Shown: in pieces, positions 19,679 through 30,196 of the stretch
Position numbering within the stretch: the first letter of the stretch is position 1
Layout of the letters: every line of letters begins with the position of its first letter
DNA from: Escherichia coli
GTDB lineage: Bacteria > Pseudomonadota > Gammaproteobacteria > Enterobacterales > Enterobacteriaceae
Direction: 5' to 3' (one strand)
Assembly: GCF_003790525.1 (NCBI RefSeq)
Contig: NZ_CP033635.1
Length of the DNA stretch: 64,000 nucleotides
The notes under the pieces: model-generated
The model's database searches: none
What the model was told of the DNA's origin: nothing
The model's input: only the letters and a program-made list of their open reading frames with translations
Made by a program: the position numbers and the translations under genes

Positions 19679-22474
19679 TTATTTTGGCAATAATACTCCG
19701 GTATAGGTATTCACCGGATGAGAAAGATATTGTTTAACGGCAGTGTTAACATTCTCTACCGTCATTTGTTTCAATAATTGCTCCTGCTCAGTCCATGCTG
19801 CAGGATCGTCATATTGAATAAGACTATTTACAATGGTGTTCGCTAATTGTTGAACGCTACGCTGTTGGATATCGAGGCTGCGCTGAACGTTTTGCTGGTA
19901 TTCATTCAGTTCTTGCTCACTGATCCCTTTAGCCAGGCGCTTAACCATCACTTCATTCGCTAACGTTAACAGTTCATCATGTCGTTCTGGTTGACAAGTA
20001 AAAGCCAGCAAATGACTGATATCTTTGGCCTGAGGATCAACCGAGAGGCGAGAAGAAACGCTGTATGCTCCAGATGCCTGTTCACGAATATTAACGCGTA
20101 GATCTTTTGCCAGTGCGACGTTAAAAGCATCGAGCGCCATACGCGTCTCCAGATTTACAGGTGTCCGGGAATCATAACGCTTCCACTGTGAAACCTGTGC
20201 CACAGGTTCATTTTGTTCTTTTACAGTAACCGATGCGTTGTCCGTCGCGCGAGTTAATGGTTTACCTGCGGCTAATGGCGAATCAGAGTGTTTGATTGAT
20301 CCTAAGTAACGCGTAATTAACGCCACGAGTTTGTCTTCTGCGACATTACCGACAATGACAAAGGTGATATCCGCTGGAGATGAAAACAACTGGCGATCGG
20401 CAGCCAGCGCATCTGCGGCAGTAAACTGTGCAATCTGATTTTCTTGCAGTAATTTCGTGCGGTCATCAGCATAGCGCGTCTCATACATCTGCTGGGCGAA
20501 TTTCTCCGCTGGACGCTGGTCGAGCGTTTTCAACGCCTGAATTTGAGCATTTTGTAGCGATGCCCAAATATTATCGTTAATCGTGCTGTGGGTGATTCGC
20601 TGGTTAATCAACTGGAAACCAGGTTCAGGGTTATTAGTCCGCGCGCTAACAGAGAGCAATGTATTCATGCCACTGACTTTACTGCTCATGGTTACCGAGT
20701 TTTCCGCACTCCAGCGTTTCAGGCTGGAAGAGGAGAGTTCACCAACGCCGCTTCCGCTTACTGCTTTATTTGCCAGCGCGATAAGTGATTTTTGCTGCGC
20801 AGGGAAACTTAAATCGCCTTTATTAGATACGGCAGTAATTTGTAGCTTTTGCTCTTCACCCGCGGATTTTGCCAGAATAACCCTGGCACCATTGGAAAGT
20901 GTTAATGATGTCAGATTCTCAGCCAGCGTTTCTTTGCTGCTAATTTCCGCCTGTGGGTCAGCGTCTACTGTTAACGATAAATTTCTGCCTGGGAAGATGT
21001 AAGCCGCCAGCTTTTTGTTGGCGTACTCTTTTTCCAGCGCCAGGATAGCCGCAGGAGACAATGCTTTTTTGGCGGCAACCTCATTGTTTACCATTTGCTC
21101 CCAAAATGCGTCCTGGTTCTTTCTTAACTGCTGCCATTTTTCCGCCAGACTTTGCACGGTAATTTGCTGCCACAGACGTTTCGAAAGTTGATATGTCTCT
21201 TCCGGCGACAAGAACGGCGTATTATTTAATGAGCTGGATGCCAGGCGACTGGTCAGCATACGTAAATCACGCTCAGCTTGCTGATCAACCGCATTTTTCA
21301 GCCAGGTAAGGCGGGTAGATTTAACATCATCGAGTTCTTCAGCAGAAAAGCCATGCTGATCAATGGTTGCCAACTCTGCCATTAATGCATTCGCAGCATC
21401 CTGCATATTATCGTCTTGTGCATTTACACGGAAAAACAGCGACTGATAATCGGGTGCAATTTTGACGCTGCGCGCAGTGCCGCCAGAAATAGTCTTCAAC
21501 TCGCCCGACTGTATGCGTTCTTGCAGACGTTGGTTGAACAGCTGAACTAACATGCTCCATTCAGCTTGTTCGATAAAGCTTTGCTCATCGCTCACTTGCA
21601 CCATTGGCAGGCGATAATAGAGTGCGATGCCGTTCACCCGGTTTTCTTTATCATTGATGATATTAAAGCGCAGGTGGTTTTCGGCTTTTGTCGGCCAGAC
21701 GCGATTTTCAGCTGCTTTGTTAGCCGGAAGCTTACTTAAATTATCCTTTATCAGCGCCAGCGCTTCTTTACTGTCGATATCGCCGACCACAATAAAGGTC
21801 ATATTATTTGGTTGATACCAGCGTTGATAAAATTGGCGCAATTGTGCCGGTGTGACCGTGGCGACGGTATCCATCAGGCCGATAGGTTCACGGTCTAAAT
21901 TACGGGTATTTGCCAGCAGGAAAGGGCGGCGCGCCTGAGAGGTGCGCCATTTTGCATCCTGATGGGCACGCCATTCCTCAGTAATTACGCCACGTTCAGC
22001 GTCTACTTCGAGTTTTTCAAAGGTTGCGGCATTACTCCATTCACTGAAGATTGCCATCACTTGTTGCAGATTTTGTTTCTGCGTAGTCGGCAAACTCACC
22101 TGATACACTGTTTCGTCATAGCTGGTATAGGCATTAACATCGCGACCAAAACGAAGGCCCATTGACTCAAATGTTTCGATGACTTTATTACCCGGCCATG
22201 TTTTTGTGCCGTTAAACATCATATGTTCTACAAAATGAGCCACGCCGCGCTCATTGTCCTCTTCCTGCAATGAACCGGTATGAATTTGCAGCCATAAATT
22301 TACCTGATCCTTTGGTTGAGCATGCGGATAAATCAGATATCGCAAGCCATTGTCCAGTTGCCCGGTAATTAACTTTTCATCCTGCGGTAAGGCGGCGGCA
22401 ATCAGTCGCCCGGGGAGCAACAGAGTTGCCACTAACGTCAGTAAGAAACAGAGGTTTCTCATAATTATCTCCAT
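19679..22474 (-). CDS. pqqL: Periplasmic M16-family zinc metalloprotease PqqL
   Basis: 931-aa ORF with signal peptide; HFVEH inverted zinc-binding motif (HxxEH) near the N-terminus; tandem M16 peptidase domains. Confidence 0.9.
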   Translation of the reverse strand: MEIIMRNLCFLLTLVATLLLPGRLIAAALPQDEKLITGQLDNGLRYLIYPHAQPKDQVNLWLQIHTGSLQEEDNERGVAHFVEHMMFNGTKTWPGNKVIETFESMGLRFGRDVNAYTSYDETVYQVSLPTTQKQNLQQVMAIFSEWSNAATFEKLEVDAERGVITEEWRAHQDAKWRTSQARRPFLLANTRNLDREPIGLMDTVATVTPAQLRQFYQRWYQPNNMTFIVVGDIDSKEALALIKDNLSKLPANKAAENRVWPTKAENHLRFNIINDKENRVNGIALYYRLPMVQVSDEQSFIEQAEWSMLVQLFNQRLQERIQSGELKTISGGTARSVKIAPDYQSLFFRVNAQDDNMQDAANALMAELATIDQHGFSAEELDDVKSTRLTWLKNAVDQQAERDLRMLTSRLASSSLNNTPFLSPEETYQLSKRLWQQITVQSLAEKWQQLRKNQDAFWEQMVNNEVAAKKALSPAAILALEKEYANKKLAAYIFPGRNLSLTVDADPQAEISSKETLAENLTSLTLSNGARVILAKSAGEEQKLQITAVSNKGDLSFPAQQKSLIALANKAVSGSGVGELSSSSLKRWSAENSVTMSSKVSGMNTLLSVSARTNNPEPGFQLINQRITHSTINDNIWASLQNAQIQALKTLDQRPAEKFAQQMYETRYADDRTKLLQENQIAQFTAADALAADRQLFSSPADITFVIVGNVAEDKLVALITRYLGSIKHSDSPLAAGKPLTRATDNASVTVKEQNEPVAQVSQWKRYDSRTPVNLETRMALDAFNVALAKDLRVNIREQASGAYSVSSRLSVDPQAKDISHLLAFTCQPERHDELLTLANEVMVKRLAKGISEQELNEYQQNVQRSLDIQQRSVQQLANTIVNSLIQYDDPAAWTEQEQLLKQMTVENVNTAVKQYLSHPVNTYTGVLLPK

Positions 22475-22518
22475 GCGAAAACCGGGCGAATTTACCCGGT
22501 TAAGTAAAATCCGAACTA

Positions 22519-24891
22519 TTAAAATTTCATGCTGACATCAAGCCAGAAAGTACGGCCACTGGCGTAGGTCGCCACACCGGTATTCGTTGTATCAACAGCG
22601 GTTTTGCTATCCAGTACATTGAGAATATCGGCACTGAACGTCAGGTTTTGTTGTTTCAGAAATTGTGGCGTCCAGGACAAGCGGGTGTCCCAGGTCAGGC
22701 TGCTATCCAGTTTTTCGTCAACATACTGCTTGTAATCTGAATATTCGCTGATGTATTGCGCATTCGTCTTACCCAGGATAATGCGAGCTTTACGCGCTTC
22801 TTGCCAGGTCAGCGTATTCGCCCACACCAACCCGCTCGGTTGATGCGTGAAATCCATGTTTAAGGAGATCTTTAATGGATTATTAAAATCCGCCACTGGA
22901 ACGCTATCGTAAGAGACCAGATTACCGTTATAAACCACCTGGTTATCACCGGTATTGCTCTCCTCATAACCATTGTTTAACGACAAGTTGCCCTTGCTCT
23001 TGATATAGCTAAAGACAATTTGCGGGTTAATATCTACCTGGCTGATATGCAGGGGTTCGGCCAGTTCAAAACTGAGGTTGAACGAATGCGTTTTGGTTTT
23101 ACCGTCGTTGTTATATTCAGTAATGGTGGTTTTAGTCGCGCTGTCGGTACGACTGCTTTTACTGATTTGATCATGCGCTTCACGGTAAACATAGTTTGCA
23201 CGCGCAATAACGTTCTTACCGATTTTCTGCTGCAACCCCATTGCCAGTTCATCGTTATAAGGCGTTTTCAAATCCTGATAACGCGTCAGGGTTTTATTGC
23301 CTGATACCGATTCCGTCCAGCTATTGCGGATATCACGTAATCCCATATCAAGAATATTCCCGCCATAGTAACGGTTATAACCTGCGGTAATCATTGAGGT
23401 TTGATCAGCAAAAATATCCCATTCCGTCATAAAGCGCGGGGAGATATTGTGGTTTGACAGATAGTTGTCATAGTCATACCGCACGCCGGGCATTAATGAC
23501 ACATTACGCCAGCTAATGCGATCCGCCATATACAGCGTGTAGTTGTCAATTCCCAGGCTGCCTTTACCTTTATGGTAAATGGTATGGTTAGTTTTCTTTC
23601 CGGCAGCATTAATCACATAGGATTCAGACTGGTTATGGCGTTCAGTCCATGCATCGGAATAGATGTATTCCGCGCCGAAGTAGGGTTGATGCGAAACATT
23701 ACCCACGGTGAATTTTTGCCAGTCCAGGCGTGTTTTGAAGGTGTAATTATCTACAGCCTGGGAAATGTGTCCTAATCCGCCACGGGTGCAACGCCCTGTA
23801 ATATCACCATATGTACATGAAAGTTCGGTGTACCAGATGTCATGATCGTGACGGGTATAATCACTAATATGATCCCAACCAACGGTGGTACGCAGTTTGG
23901 CCCATGCGAGCTGGGTATCCATATCCCATGCCAGACCATAGGATTTATTACCCATTTCGCGATCAGACTCCGGGAAGGTGCTGGTATTATAATCACGGCT
24001 GGAGCCGGTATATTTTAAGGTTAAATCGTGGGTAAAGCGGTCGCTGGCAAACCAGGTAAATTTGCTCAATGCAGTATCGATAACGTTTTTATACTGTGCC
24101 CGGCCGGCGACAATGCCGTCATTCGAAACATAATCCGCGCGGGTGATATCAGACTGGCGGCGCGATAAACCGGCGGTAACGCCAAAGTTATCAGCGAGTT
24201 CCTGATTAAACGACAAGGTATAAAAGTTCTTTTTAAAATCTGGAGAGTAATAAGTACTTCCTGAAGAACCTTGATTAAATGCGCTCTTGTTATTCTCATC
24301 GATATGCGATGTTAACCAGTCCGAACGCGTAGTGCGATAACCCAGTTTCACGCTGCTATCATCAGCGTTGAAGCGTTTGATCTTTGCATCAATTACCCCG
24401 CCATTGAAGCGACCGAATTCAACCGGCACAAAACTGTCATAAAGCGTCACATTGTCCAGTAAGCTGACATCAAGATAATACCCCTGTGACATCCCGCTAA
24501 TATTGGTTGCACTACTGGCATCGGACTCATTCGCTGGGTTCAGGTTATTCGTTGCACTAATACCGTCAATCAAATAGGCATTCTGGTAGGGCGACGCACC
24601 GTGAATAGAGATTTTCTCCGGGCGAATATCTCCCTGGTTCAATGAGGTACTTTGCGTTGAATCCATGCGTACCGCAGGGTTGGTTCTCAGCAGATCGCTG
24701 ATATTGCCATTCCCGGTCGGTAAACGCTCGATGCTTTCACTGGTGTAATGCGTGTTGCCGTTTACGGGTACAGGGACAGGAGCATAGACCGTCATCTCTT
24801 CAAAAACATGCATGTACATATTTTTGTCATCGACGGCCTGCGCTACATCAGCGCCACATAAAATGACGCCAGGAATAAGAACTCGCTTCAT
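22519..24891 (-). CDS. yddB: TonB-dependent outer-membrane receptor YddB
   Basis: 790-aa ORF; signal peptide, plug-like N-terminal region, and C-terminal aromatic residue (WLDVSMKF) typical of TonB-dependent barrels. Confidence 0.88.
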   Translation of the reverse strand: MKRVLIPGVILCGADVAQAVDDKNMYMHVFEEMTVYAPVPVPVNGNTHYTSESIERLPTGNGNISDLLRTNPAVRMDSTQSTSLNQGDIRPEKISIHGASPYQNAYLIDGISATNNLNPANESDASSATNISGMSQGYYLDVSLLDNVTLYDSFVPVEFGRFNGGVIDAKIKRFNADDSSVKLGYRTTRSDWLTSHIDENNKSAFNQGSSGSTYYSPDFKKNFYTLSFNQELADNFGVTAGLSRRQSDITRADYVSNDGIVAGRAQYKNVIDTALSKFTWFASDRFTHDLTLKYTGSSRDYNTSTFPESDREMGNKSYGLAWDMDTQLAWAKLRTTVGWDHISDYTRHDHDIWYTELSCTYGDITGRCTRGGLGHISQAVDNYTFKTRLDWQKFTVGNVSHQPYFGAEYIYSDAWTERHNQSESYVINAAGKKTNHTIYHKGKGSLGIDNYTLYMADRISWRNVSLMPGVRYDYDNYLSNHNISPRFMTEWDIFADQTSMITAGYNRYYGGNILDMGLRDIRNSWTESVSGNKTLTRYQDLKTPYNDELAMGLQQKIGKNVIARANYVYREAHDQISKSSRTDSATKTTITEYNNDGKTKTHSFNLSFELAEPLHISQVDINPQIVFSYIKSKGNLSLNNGYEESNTGDNQVVYNGNLVSYDSVPVADFNNPLKISLNMDFTHQPSGLVWANTLTWQEARKARIILGKTNAQYISEYSDYKQYVDEKLDSSLTWDTRLSWTPQFLKQQNLTFSADILNVLDSKTAVDTTNTGVATYASGRTFWLDVSMKF

Positions 24892-24928
24892 TTATTTATA
24901 TCTCCGTACAGCAGGGCTTTTATTGTTT

Positions 24929-26614
24929 TTATAAAACCGCGCTAATGTCACAAATATCATCGGCCAGGTTCCAGACACCGGGTTGATGTGTAACCATAAT
25001 GACGCCGCTTGTGGGGAGTTTTTCTCGCACTAAACGCAGTAAGCGGATTGCCTCTTGTTCCTCAAGATGAGAGGTAGTTTCGTCAAGAAATATCCATTTC
25101 GGACGTCGTAAAATTAATCGAGCCAGGGCGATACGTTGTTTTTCGCCGCTGGAAAGAATATCTCCCCAGCGATCGTGGTCATGAATACGCGTAGCCAATT
25201 TCCCCAGCCCAACCTGATGCAGTACTTCACTCAACGATTTATCGTCTACGGACAGGGGAAGTGCTTTACAAATAATCTCTTTCAGTAAGCCGGTTTTGAT
25301 TAACGGTGTTTGTGACACATACCAACTGTCAGCAGGAGAAGAAATATCACCTTTAAACCACGGCCAGCAGTGGGATAATGTTTTAAGCAGTGTGGTTTTT
25401 CCCGTACCAGAGTAACCTTTCAGCAATAGCCATTTGCCTGGCAAAACATGAAAGTTCAGGTTCTCTAATATGATCTTATTATCAGGAGTACGAATACTCG
25501 CGTCAGCCACTTGTACCGCATGTTGGCAATTTTTAGGCTTATTCGTAGGGCGCTGTTCGGTGAGTTGATGGAACTCAGACAAGCGATCGATAACCGCAGC
25601 CAGTACAGCAAGTTCATCATATTTATAAATAAACCAGCTTAAATTGTTCGATACCAGCATAAATGCCTGGCGCGATTTCATCAGTCCGCCCAGATTGATC
25701 TGTCCGCTAATAAACTGCGGCAATAACAGAAAGTAGGGAAGAACGCTAAGCGAGCGCGAATAAATATTCTGCCAGTAATCAAGCCACCGCTGACGATTCA
25801 TTAAACGATGCCAGTTCTCTTTAATGGTATGAAAATTTTCGCTCAACTCCTGGCGTTGTAGAGACTCAGCATTGCTTAGCGCAATCAGTTCTGCCTGCTT
25901 ATTATGCTGCACAAGATTAGTTCGAAATGTCGCTTCGCTACGTTGTTTTTCCACATTAAGCGGACGAATACGTTTACCAACCTTATGGGTAAATAAAGTT
26001 CCACCGATCACAATGAGCACGACGGTATAGACCATATACCCCTGGATATTCCATTCAGTTCCACCAACAGTGAATGAGAGCGTACCCGCGCTTTGCCAAA
26101 GAATAACGGTAAAGGTGATCAGCATGCTAAGTGACTGGATGAAGCCAAATGAAAGACTGAGCGTTTTGCTGATCAGTAAGAGAATGTCTTCAGCGATACG
26201 TTGGTCAGGGTTATCTGTATTTTTATGCTCGCCGTAGATCTGCGTGAAGTAGTAGTTTTTATCTGCAAACCAGCGATTAAGGTAGTAATCTGTTAACCAT
26301 TCGCGCCAGCGAATAGTCAGTAGTTTAATTAACCATGTTTTGTTTACGGATATTAATACAAAGATCCCCAGCAGGGCAGGGAACCAAAGGACAAGCTGCC
26401 AAAGCTTATCAGTTTCTTTCTGGCTTAGCGCATTGAAAAAATCATTATTCCAGTCGTTTAACCAGACCTGAATTTTAACCACGCCAAGGATCATGGCGAG
26501 GATAATAATGATTAACAACACTGAAGTTTTATTATTCTTACGCAGCCAAAAGGGCTTCAGCAGACAGAGATACTTTGCTATCAACATACAAAACGTAATG
26601 GGAATGGTTATCAT
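24929..26614 (-). CDS. yddA: ABC transporter (fused permease/ATPase) YddA
   Basis: 561-aa ORF; N-terminal transmembrane domain; C-terminal NBD with Walker A GYSGTGKTT, signature SSGEKQR, Walker B IFLDETTS. Confidence 0.88.
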   Translation of the reverse strand: MITIPITFCMLIAKYLCLLKPFWLRKNNKTSVLLIIIILAMILGVVKIQVWLNDWNNDFFNALSQKETDKLWQLVLWFPALLGIFVLISVNKTWLIKLLTIRWREWLTDYYLNRWFADKNYYFTQIYGEHKNTDNPDQRIAEDILLLISKTLSLSFGFIQSLSMLITFTVILWQSAGTLSFTVGGTEWNIQGYMVYTVVLIVIGGTLFTHKVGKRIRPLNVEKQRSEATFRTNLVQHNKQAELIALSNAESLQRQELSENFHTIKENWHRLMNRQRWLDYWQNIYSRSLSVLPYFLLLPQFISGQINLGGLMKSRQAFMLVSNNLSWFIYKYDELAVLAAVIDRLSEFHQLTEQRPTNKPKNCQHAVQVADASIRTPDNKIILENLNFHVLPGKWLLLKGYSGTGKTTLLKTLSHCWPWFKGDISSPADSWYVSQTPLIKTGLLKEIICKALPLSVDDKSLSEVLHQVGLGKLATRIHDHDRWGDILSSGEKQRIALARLILRRPKWIFLDETTSHLEEQEAIRLLRLVREKLPTSGVIMVTHQPGVWNLADDICDISAVL

Positions 26615-26904
26615 TAGCGAAAATTTATTGTGCCATCCAATGATTATCTATGGCAATGATATACTGATGAAATTTATTTAAGTATCATTTAACAATATGA
26701 AATATAAAGAAATATTTTATTTTCAGTGGTTATGGTTATGCTATTGATAATCAAGGGTATTGCTAATGCCCTGACGCATACCTCGTAAGCCAGGATTTTC
26801 GCAAAGGAAGATGATGAAGACGAAACACCCGACAGGAATTTATGTCGGGTGCCTTGTTAAGGTCATAAGAAGGAGGCTAAGAATGGAGCTAAGGGGGAGC
26901 GTTA

Positions 26905-28062
26905 TTAATTATTCTCCATTTGTTTTGCAACATCCATAATGTGGTAAAGCGGTACTCTGTTCTTAGCTAACTCCACCATGGCGTTCATATAAGGTACCAT
27001 GGTTGAAAAAAGGATTTTATAACCTTCGCAAAAATAGGAAACAGTCTCATTGTTTACTTTAGTAATACGATGCTTAGGGCAACCACCATTGCAGATAGGT
27101 TTATATGCACATTGCTGACATTTCGCTGAAATCCGTTTTTTTTGCGCTGTCAGTTGAACACTGTTCATCGTTTTGAGTTCAGATTTATTAATGTTTCCAA
27201 TTTTGTACTGTGGATAGACAAAATGGTCGCATTCGTAAATGTCTCCATTACTTTCAACAACCAGATTATCCTTGCAGGACGCCTGGAAAATACAACTGGT
27301 ATGCCCATTCCCCAAAAAACGGCTGACAAAGCTTTCAAACTGACGGATGAAAATTTCACCCACATCGTTTTTAACCCATTGCATAAAAATGGTTGACATA
27401 AACTTGCCATAAGCCGTAGGAGGCACAGAAAAATCAATGATACGGAATGTGTTCTCACTATGACCACTGAAATCAATATTCGGCGTCCCGGTTTCGAGCA
27501 ATTCGATAAATTGCATATGTTTACTGCCGATAGATTTTAAAAAATGATAAACCTCAAGAGGGTAATGGACATTAACGTTATTAATGACGGTTAACGTATT
27601 AAACTCTACTTGATATGATTTCAGACGCTCGATGGCTGCTATCACTTTTGCAAAAGTACCGTTACCTGAATTACTGCGTCTGTAACGGTCATGTAGCTCC
27701 TGGGGTCCATCGATCGAGATACCAACCAGAAACTCATGTTCTTTGAGAAAGGCACACCATTCATTATTCAATAAAATGCCATTCGTTTGTAATGCATTAA
27801 AAATACGTTTTTGGCCTGCATAGCGTTGTTGATAGTGAATAACTTTACGGAAAAAATCCAGGCCAGCCAGAGTGGGTTCACCGCCTTGCCAGGTAAAATA
27901 GACCTGATTGCCAGACGCTGCGATATATTGTTTGATGAACTCTTTCAGAGTGCTGTCATCCATCCATTTTTCATGAGTAAACTGCGACTCTTTTTCAAGG
28001 TAAAAACAGTAATCACATTTGAGATTACATTGAAAACTGGAGGGCTTGGCTGTAACGTGCAT
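26905..28062 (-). CDS. ydeM: Radical-SAM anaerobic sulfatase-maturating-enzyme homologue YdeM
   Basis: ORF trimmed to ATG at 28060-28062 giving [21 protein letters not shown] (CxxxCxxC radical-SAM cluster motif); C-terminal Cys-rich SPASM-like region [18 protein letters not shown]. Confidence 0.85.
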   Translation of the reverse strand: MHVTAKPSSFQCNLKCDYCFYLEKESQFTHEKWMDDSTLKEFIKQYIAASGNQVYFTWQGGEPTLAGLDFFRKVIHYQQRYAGQKRIFNALQTNGILLNNEWCAFLKEHEFLVGISIDGPQELHDRYRRSNSGNGTFAKVIAAIERLKSYQVEFNTLTVINNVNVHYPLEVYHFLKSIGSKHMQFIELLETGTPNIDFSGHSENTFRIIDFSVPPTAYGKFMSTIFMQWVKNDVGEIFIRQFESFVSRFLGNGHTSCIFQASCKDNLVVESNGDIYECDHFVYPQYKIGNINKSELKTMNSVQLTAQKKRISAKCQQCAYKPICNGGCPKHRITKVNNETVSYFCEGYKILFSTMVPYMNAMVELAKNRVPLYHIMDVAKQMENN

Positions 28063-28113
28063 CGCTATCTCGCTCAATAAGGCGGCGGAAAAATCCGCCG
28101 CATGAAGGTTTAG

Positions 28114-29796
28114 TTATTTCGCTTCGCTTAGTGCTTTCTTGATATTGTTAAACTTCTCCTGATTTACCTCGCTAAGTGGTGGTTGGCTGCTGTCGATAAA
28201 CTCTCTTACCACGCCTTGCATCTCTTTAACGACCTGCGGATTGGCGGCGGCAAGGTTATCTTTTTGCTGTAGATCCGTCAGTTTGTATAGACCTAACTGA
28301 TTGTTTTCTACTGTATAGACAAGCGAATAATCGTTATTTCTTACCGTATAAGAGAATTGGCTTAAATCCTCGGTGTTGGGGTTATGCGGGTAATCGTCTG
28401 ACTGATGGCGGACAAATTTGTGGTAATTATCCCAGAATGGAATATTTTCCTCGTCAAACCAGTGAGAATAAGAGGTTATCCAGGTCAGATTTTTATGTGG
28501 CTCGCCTTGTTTCTTATCTTGCAACCACGGCAGCAAGGAAACGCCATCCAGCTTAAGGTCTTTTGGAATGCTGATATCGGCTGCATCAAGAGCTGTCGGG
28601 TAGAAATCCATTGCGGAAATCAGCTTGTCATAATTACCGGGTTGAAGTTTTCCTTTCCACCACATAAACATTGGGGTGTGAGTACCGCCAGGATAGGTCT
28701 GACTCTTATAGCCTTTTTGCGCCCCGTTCAGCGGCAGAGGACCATCGATAACCGCACCATTATCGGAGGTAAAGAGAATAATAGTATTGTCATACTGTCC
28801 GTTTTTCTTCAGTTGTTCGAGAATGCGTTTTACACCCTGATCAACAGAATAAACGGAAGCGTAGTAGTTATCTGCTGTTTGACTACCGGTATTAAATTGC
28901 TTCTGATATTGCTCCGGTGCAGGATTATCATTTGGCAGGTGCGGAGCATTATAAGCCAGGTAAAGCATAAAAGGCTGGTCAAGTGTTTTGGCACGATCAA
29001 CAACGCCAATTGCCTCATCGGTTAACTGATCGCTGATATAACCTTTTGCGGGGACGCGTTCACGGTTTTTGAACAGTGAAGGGGAGTTGTAATATGCCGT
29101 TCCTGCAGCGTGGAATCCCATAAAGTAATCAAAGCCACGGTTTTGAGGTTGCCATTCTTCCGCAGAAAATGTGGTGAAGTTGTCATGATAGTCACGCGTT
29201 TGTTTATCTTCCGGTACCGGCACATTACTGATTTTTGACAAGTGCCATTTACCTACTGCTGCAGTGTAATAACCATGATTCTGGAATAATTCAGGCAAGA
29301 AAGTTTCTGTTAGCGGAATACCATCCTGAGCATCGGTATTGGAATAGACACCAAAGCGGGCGGGCGCTCGACCGGTCATTATTGCAGCGCGGGAGGGGCC
29401 GGAAACACCGTGCGCCACATAGCCGTTAGTAAAACGCACGCCTTCATCCATTAATGAAAGGAGCGTCGGCGTTGATTTTTGCGCAGCTTCAATGGCTTTA
29501 TCTATCCCTATTTTGTAGGTATCGACAACTTCACGATTTTCCATTGTTTTTGGGTCAAAAGATCCCTTATCAAAAGGAAGTTGTCCATAACCAAGATCAT
29601 CCATGGTCAGTACGATAATATTTGGCTTTCCTTTGGTACTGTATTCAGTCGGCGTAAAGTCTGAGAAAGCAACGTTTGTTTTGGTTGCTTTCAGCTTTAC
29701 ATCATCTGCCGCATGAGCAGCAAATGCAGCCATACCAGATGCCAGTATCAAAGATATCGAGGTACTTACGACACTTTTCTTTAATGCAGACTTCAT
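28114..29796 (-). CDS. ydeN: Ser-type sulfatase YdeN (secreted)
   Basis: ORF 28114..29922 trimmed to ATG at 29794-29796 giving MKSALKKSVVSTSISLILASGMAAFAAHA (signal peptide, 560 aa); sulfatase signature with Ser at the formylglycine position: SGPSRAAIMTGR. Confidence 0.85.
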   Translation of the reverse strand: MKSALKKSVVSTSISLILASGMAAFAAHAADDVKLKATKTNVAFSDFTPTEYSTKGKPNIIVLTMDDLGYGQLPFDKGSFDPKTMENREVVDTYKIGIDKAIEAAQKSTPTLLSLMDEGVRFTNGYVAHGVSGPSRAAIMTGRAPARFGVYSNTDAQDGIPLTETFLPELFQNHGYYTAAVGKWHLSKISNVPVPEDKQTRDYHDNFTTFSAEEWQPQNRGFDYFMGFHAAGTAYYNSPSLFKNRERVPAKGYISDQLTDEAIGVVDRAKTLDQPFMLYLAYNAPHLPNDNPAPEQYQKQFNTGSQTADNYYASVYSVDQGVKRILEQLKKNGQYDNTIILFTSDNGAVIDGPLPLNGAQKGYKSQTYPGGTHTPMFMWWKGKLQPGNYDKLISAMDFYPTALDAADISIPKDLKLDGVSLLPWLQDKKQGEPHKNLTWITSYSHWFDEENIPFWDNYHKFVRHQSDDYPHNPNTEDLSQFSYTVRNNDYSLVYTVENNQLGLYKLTDLQQKDNLAAANPQVVKEMQGVVREFIDSSQPPLSEVNQEKFNNIKKALSEAK

Positions 29797-30112
29797 AAAT
29801 GTTCCTCTTCTTATTGTACTTAATTCCAAAGTAATTTTACGAAGAGAAATAAGTGGATGTAAGTGAAGTGAGTCACATAAAGAGATAGCAGATTTAGCTA
29901 AAAAAGGGAAATAACAGTCCATAAAGCGTTGACATTACTTTCTGTTCTACTAAGTAATTTCTCGCCGATAAACAACTAATCTATTGATATTTAATAAATT
30001 ATTGCATTTTAATGACAAAATGCCGAATTGAGATCATAAATAATCATGCAACAGGTTATGCAAATGCATAAATATGTGATGAATGTCACTTATTTATTTC
30101 AAGAAATATATC

Positions 30113-30148
30113 GCCTAAAAACAACGCGGGGCAGGAAATGGCTGCCCC
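30113..30148 (-). terminator. Bidirectional-looking intrinsic terminator downstream of ydeO
   Basis: Stem ggggcag / ctgcccc (30128..30148), 7-nt loop; T-rich flank on both strands (minus-strand U-tract from the complement of gcctaaaaacaacg). Confidence 0.6.
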
Positions 30149-30196
30149 ATTTAATTCTTACGTAGCGTGTGTGGTTGACTACTCGTTAGCAAATAA

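Noticed and set aside
26883-26939. 18-codon plus-strand mini-ORF with AAGGAGG RBS ([18 protein letters not shown])
   Set aside because: Overlaps the 3' end of ydeM on the opposite strand; too short to distinguish from chance.
28405-29025. 206-aa plus-strand ORF antisense to ydeN
   Set aside because: Lies entirely within ydeN on the opposite strand; composition typical of a chance frame.
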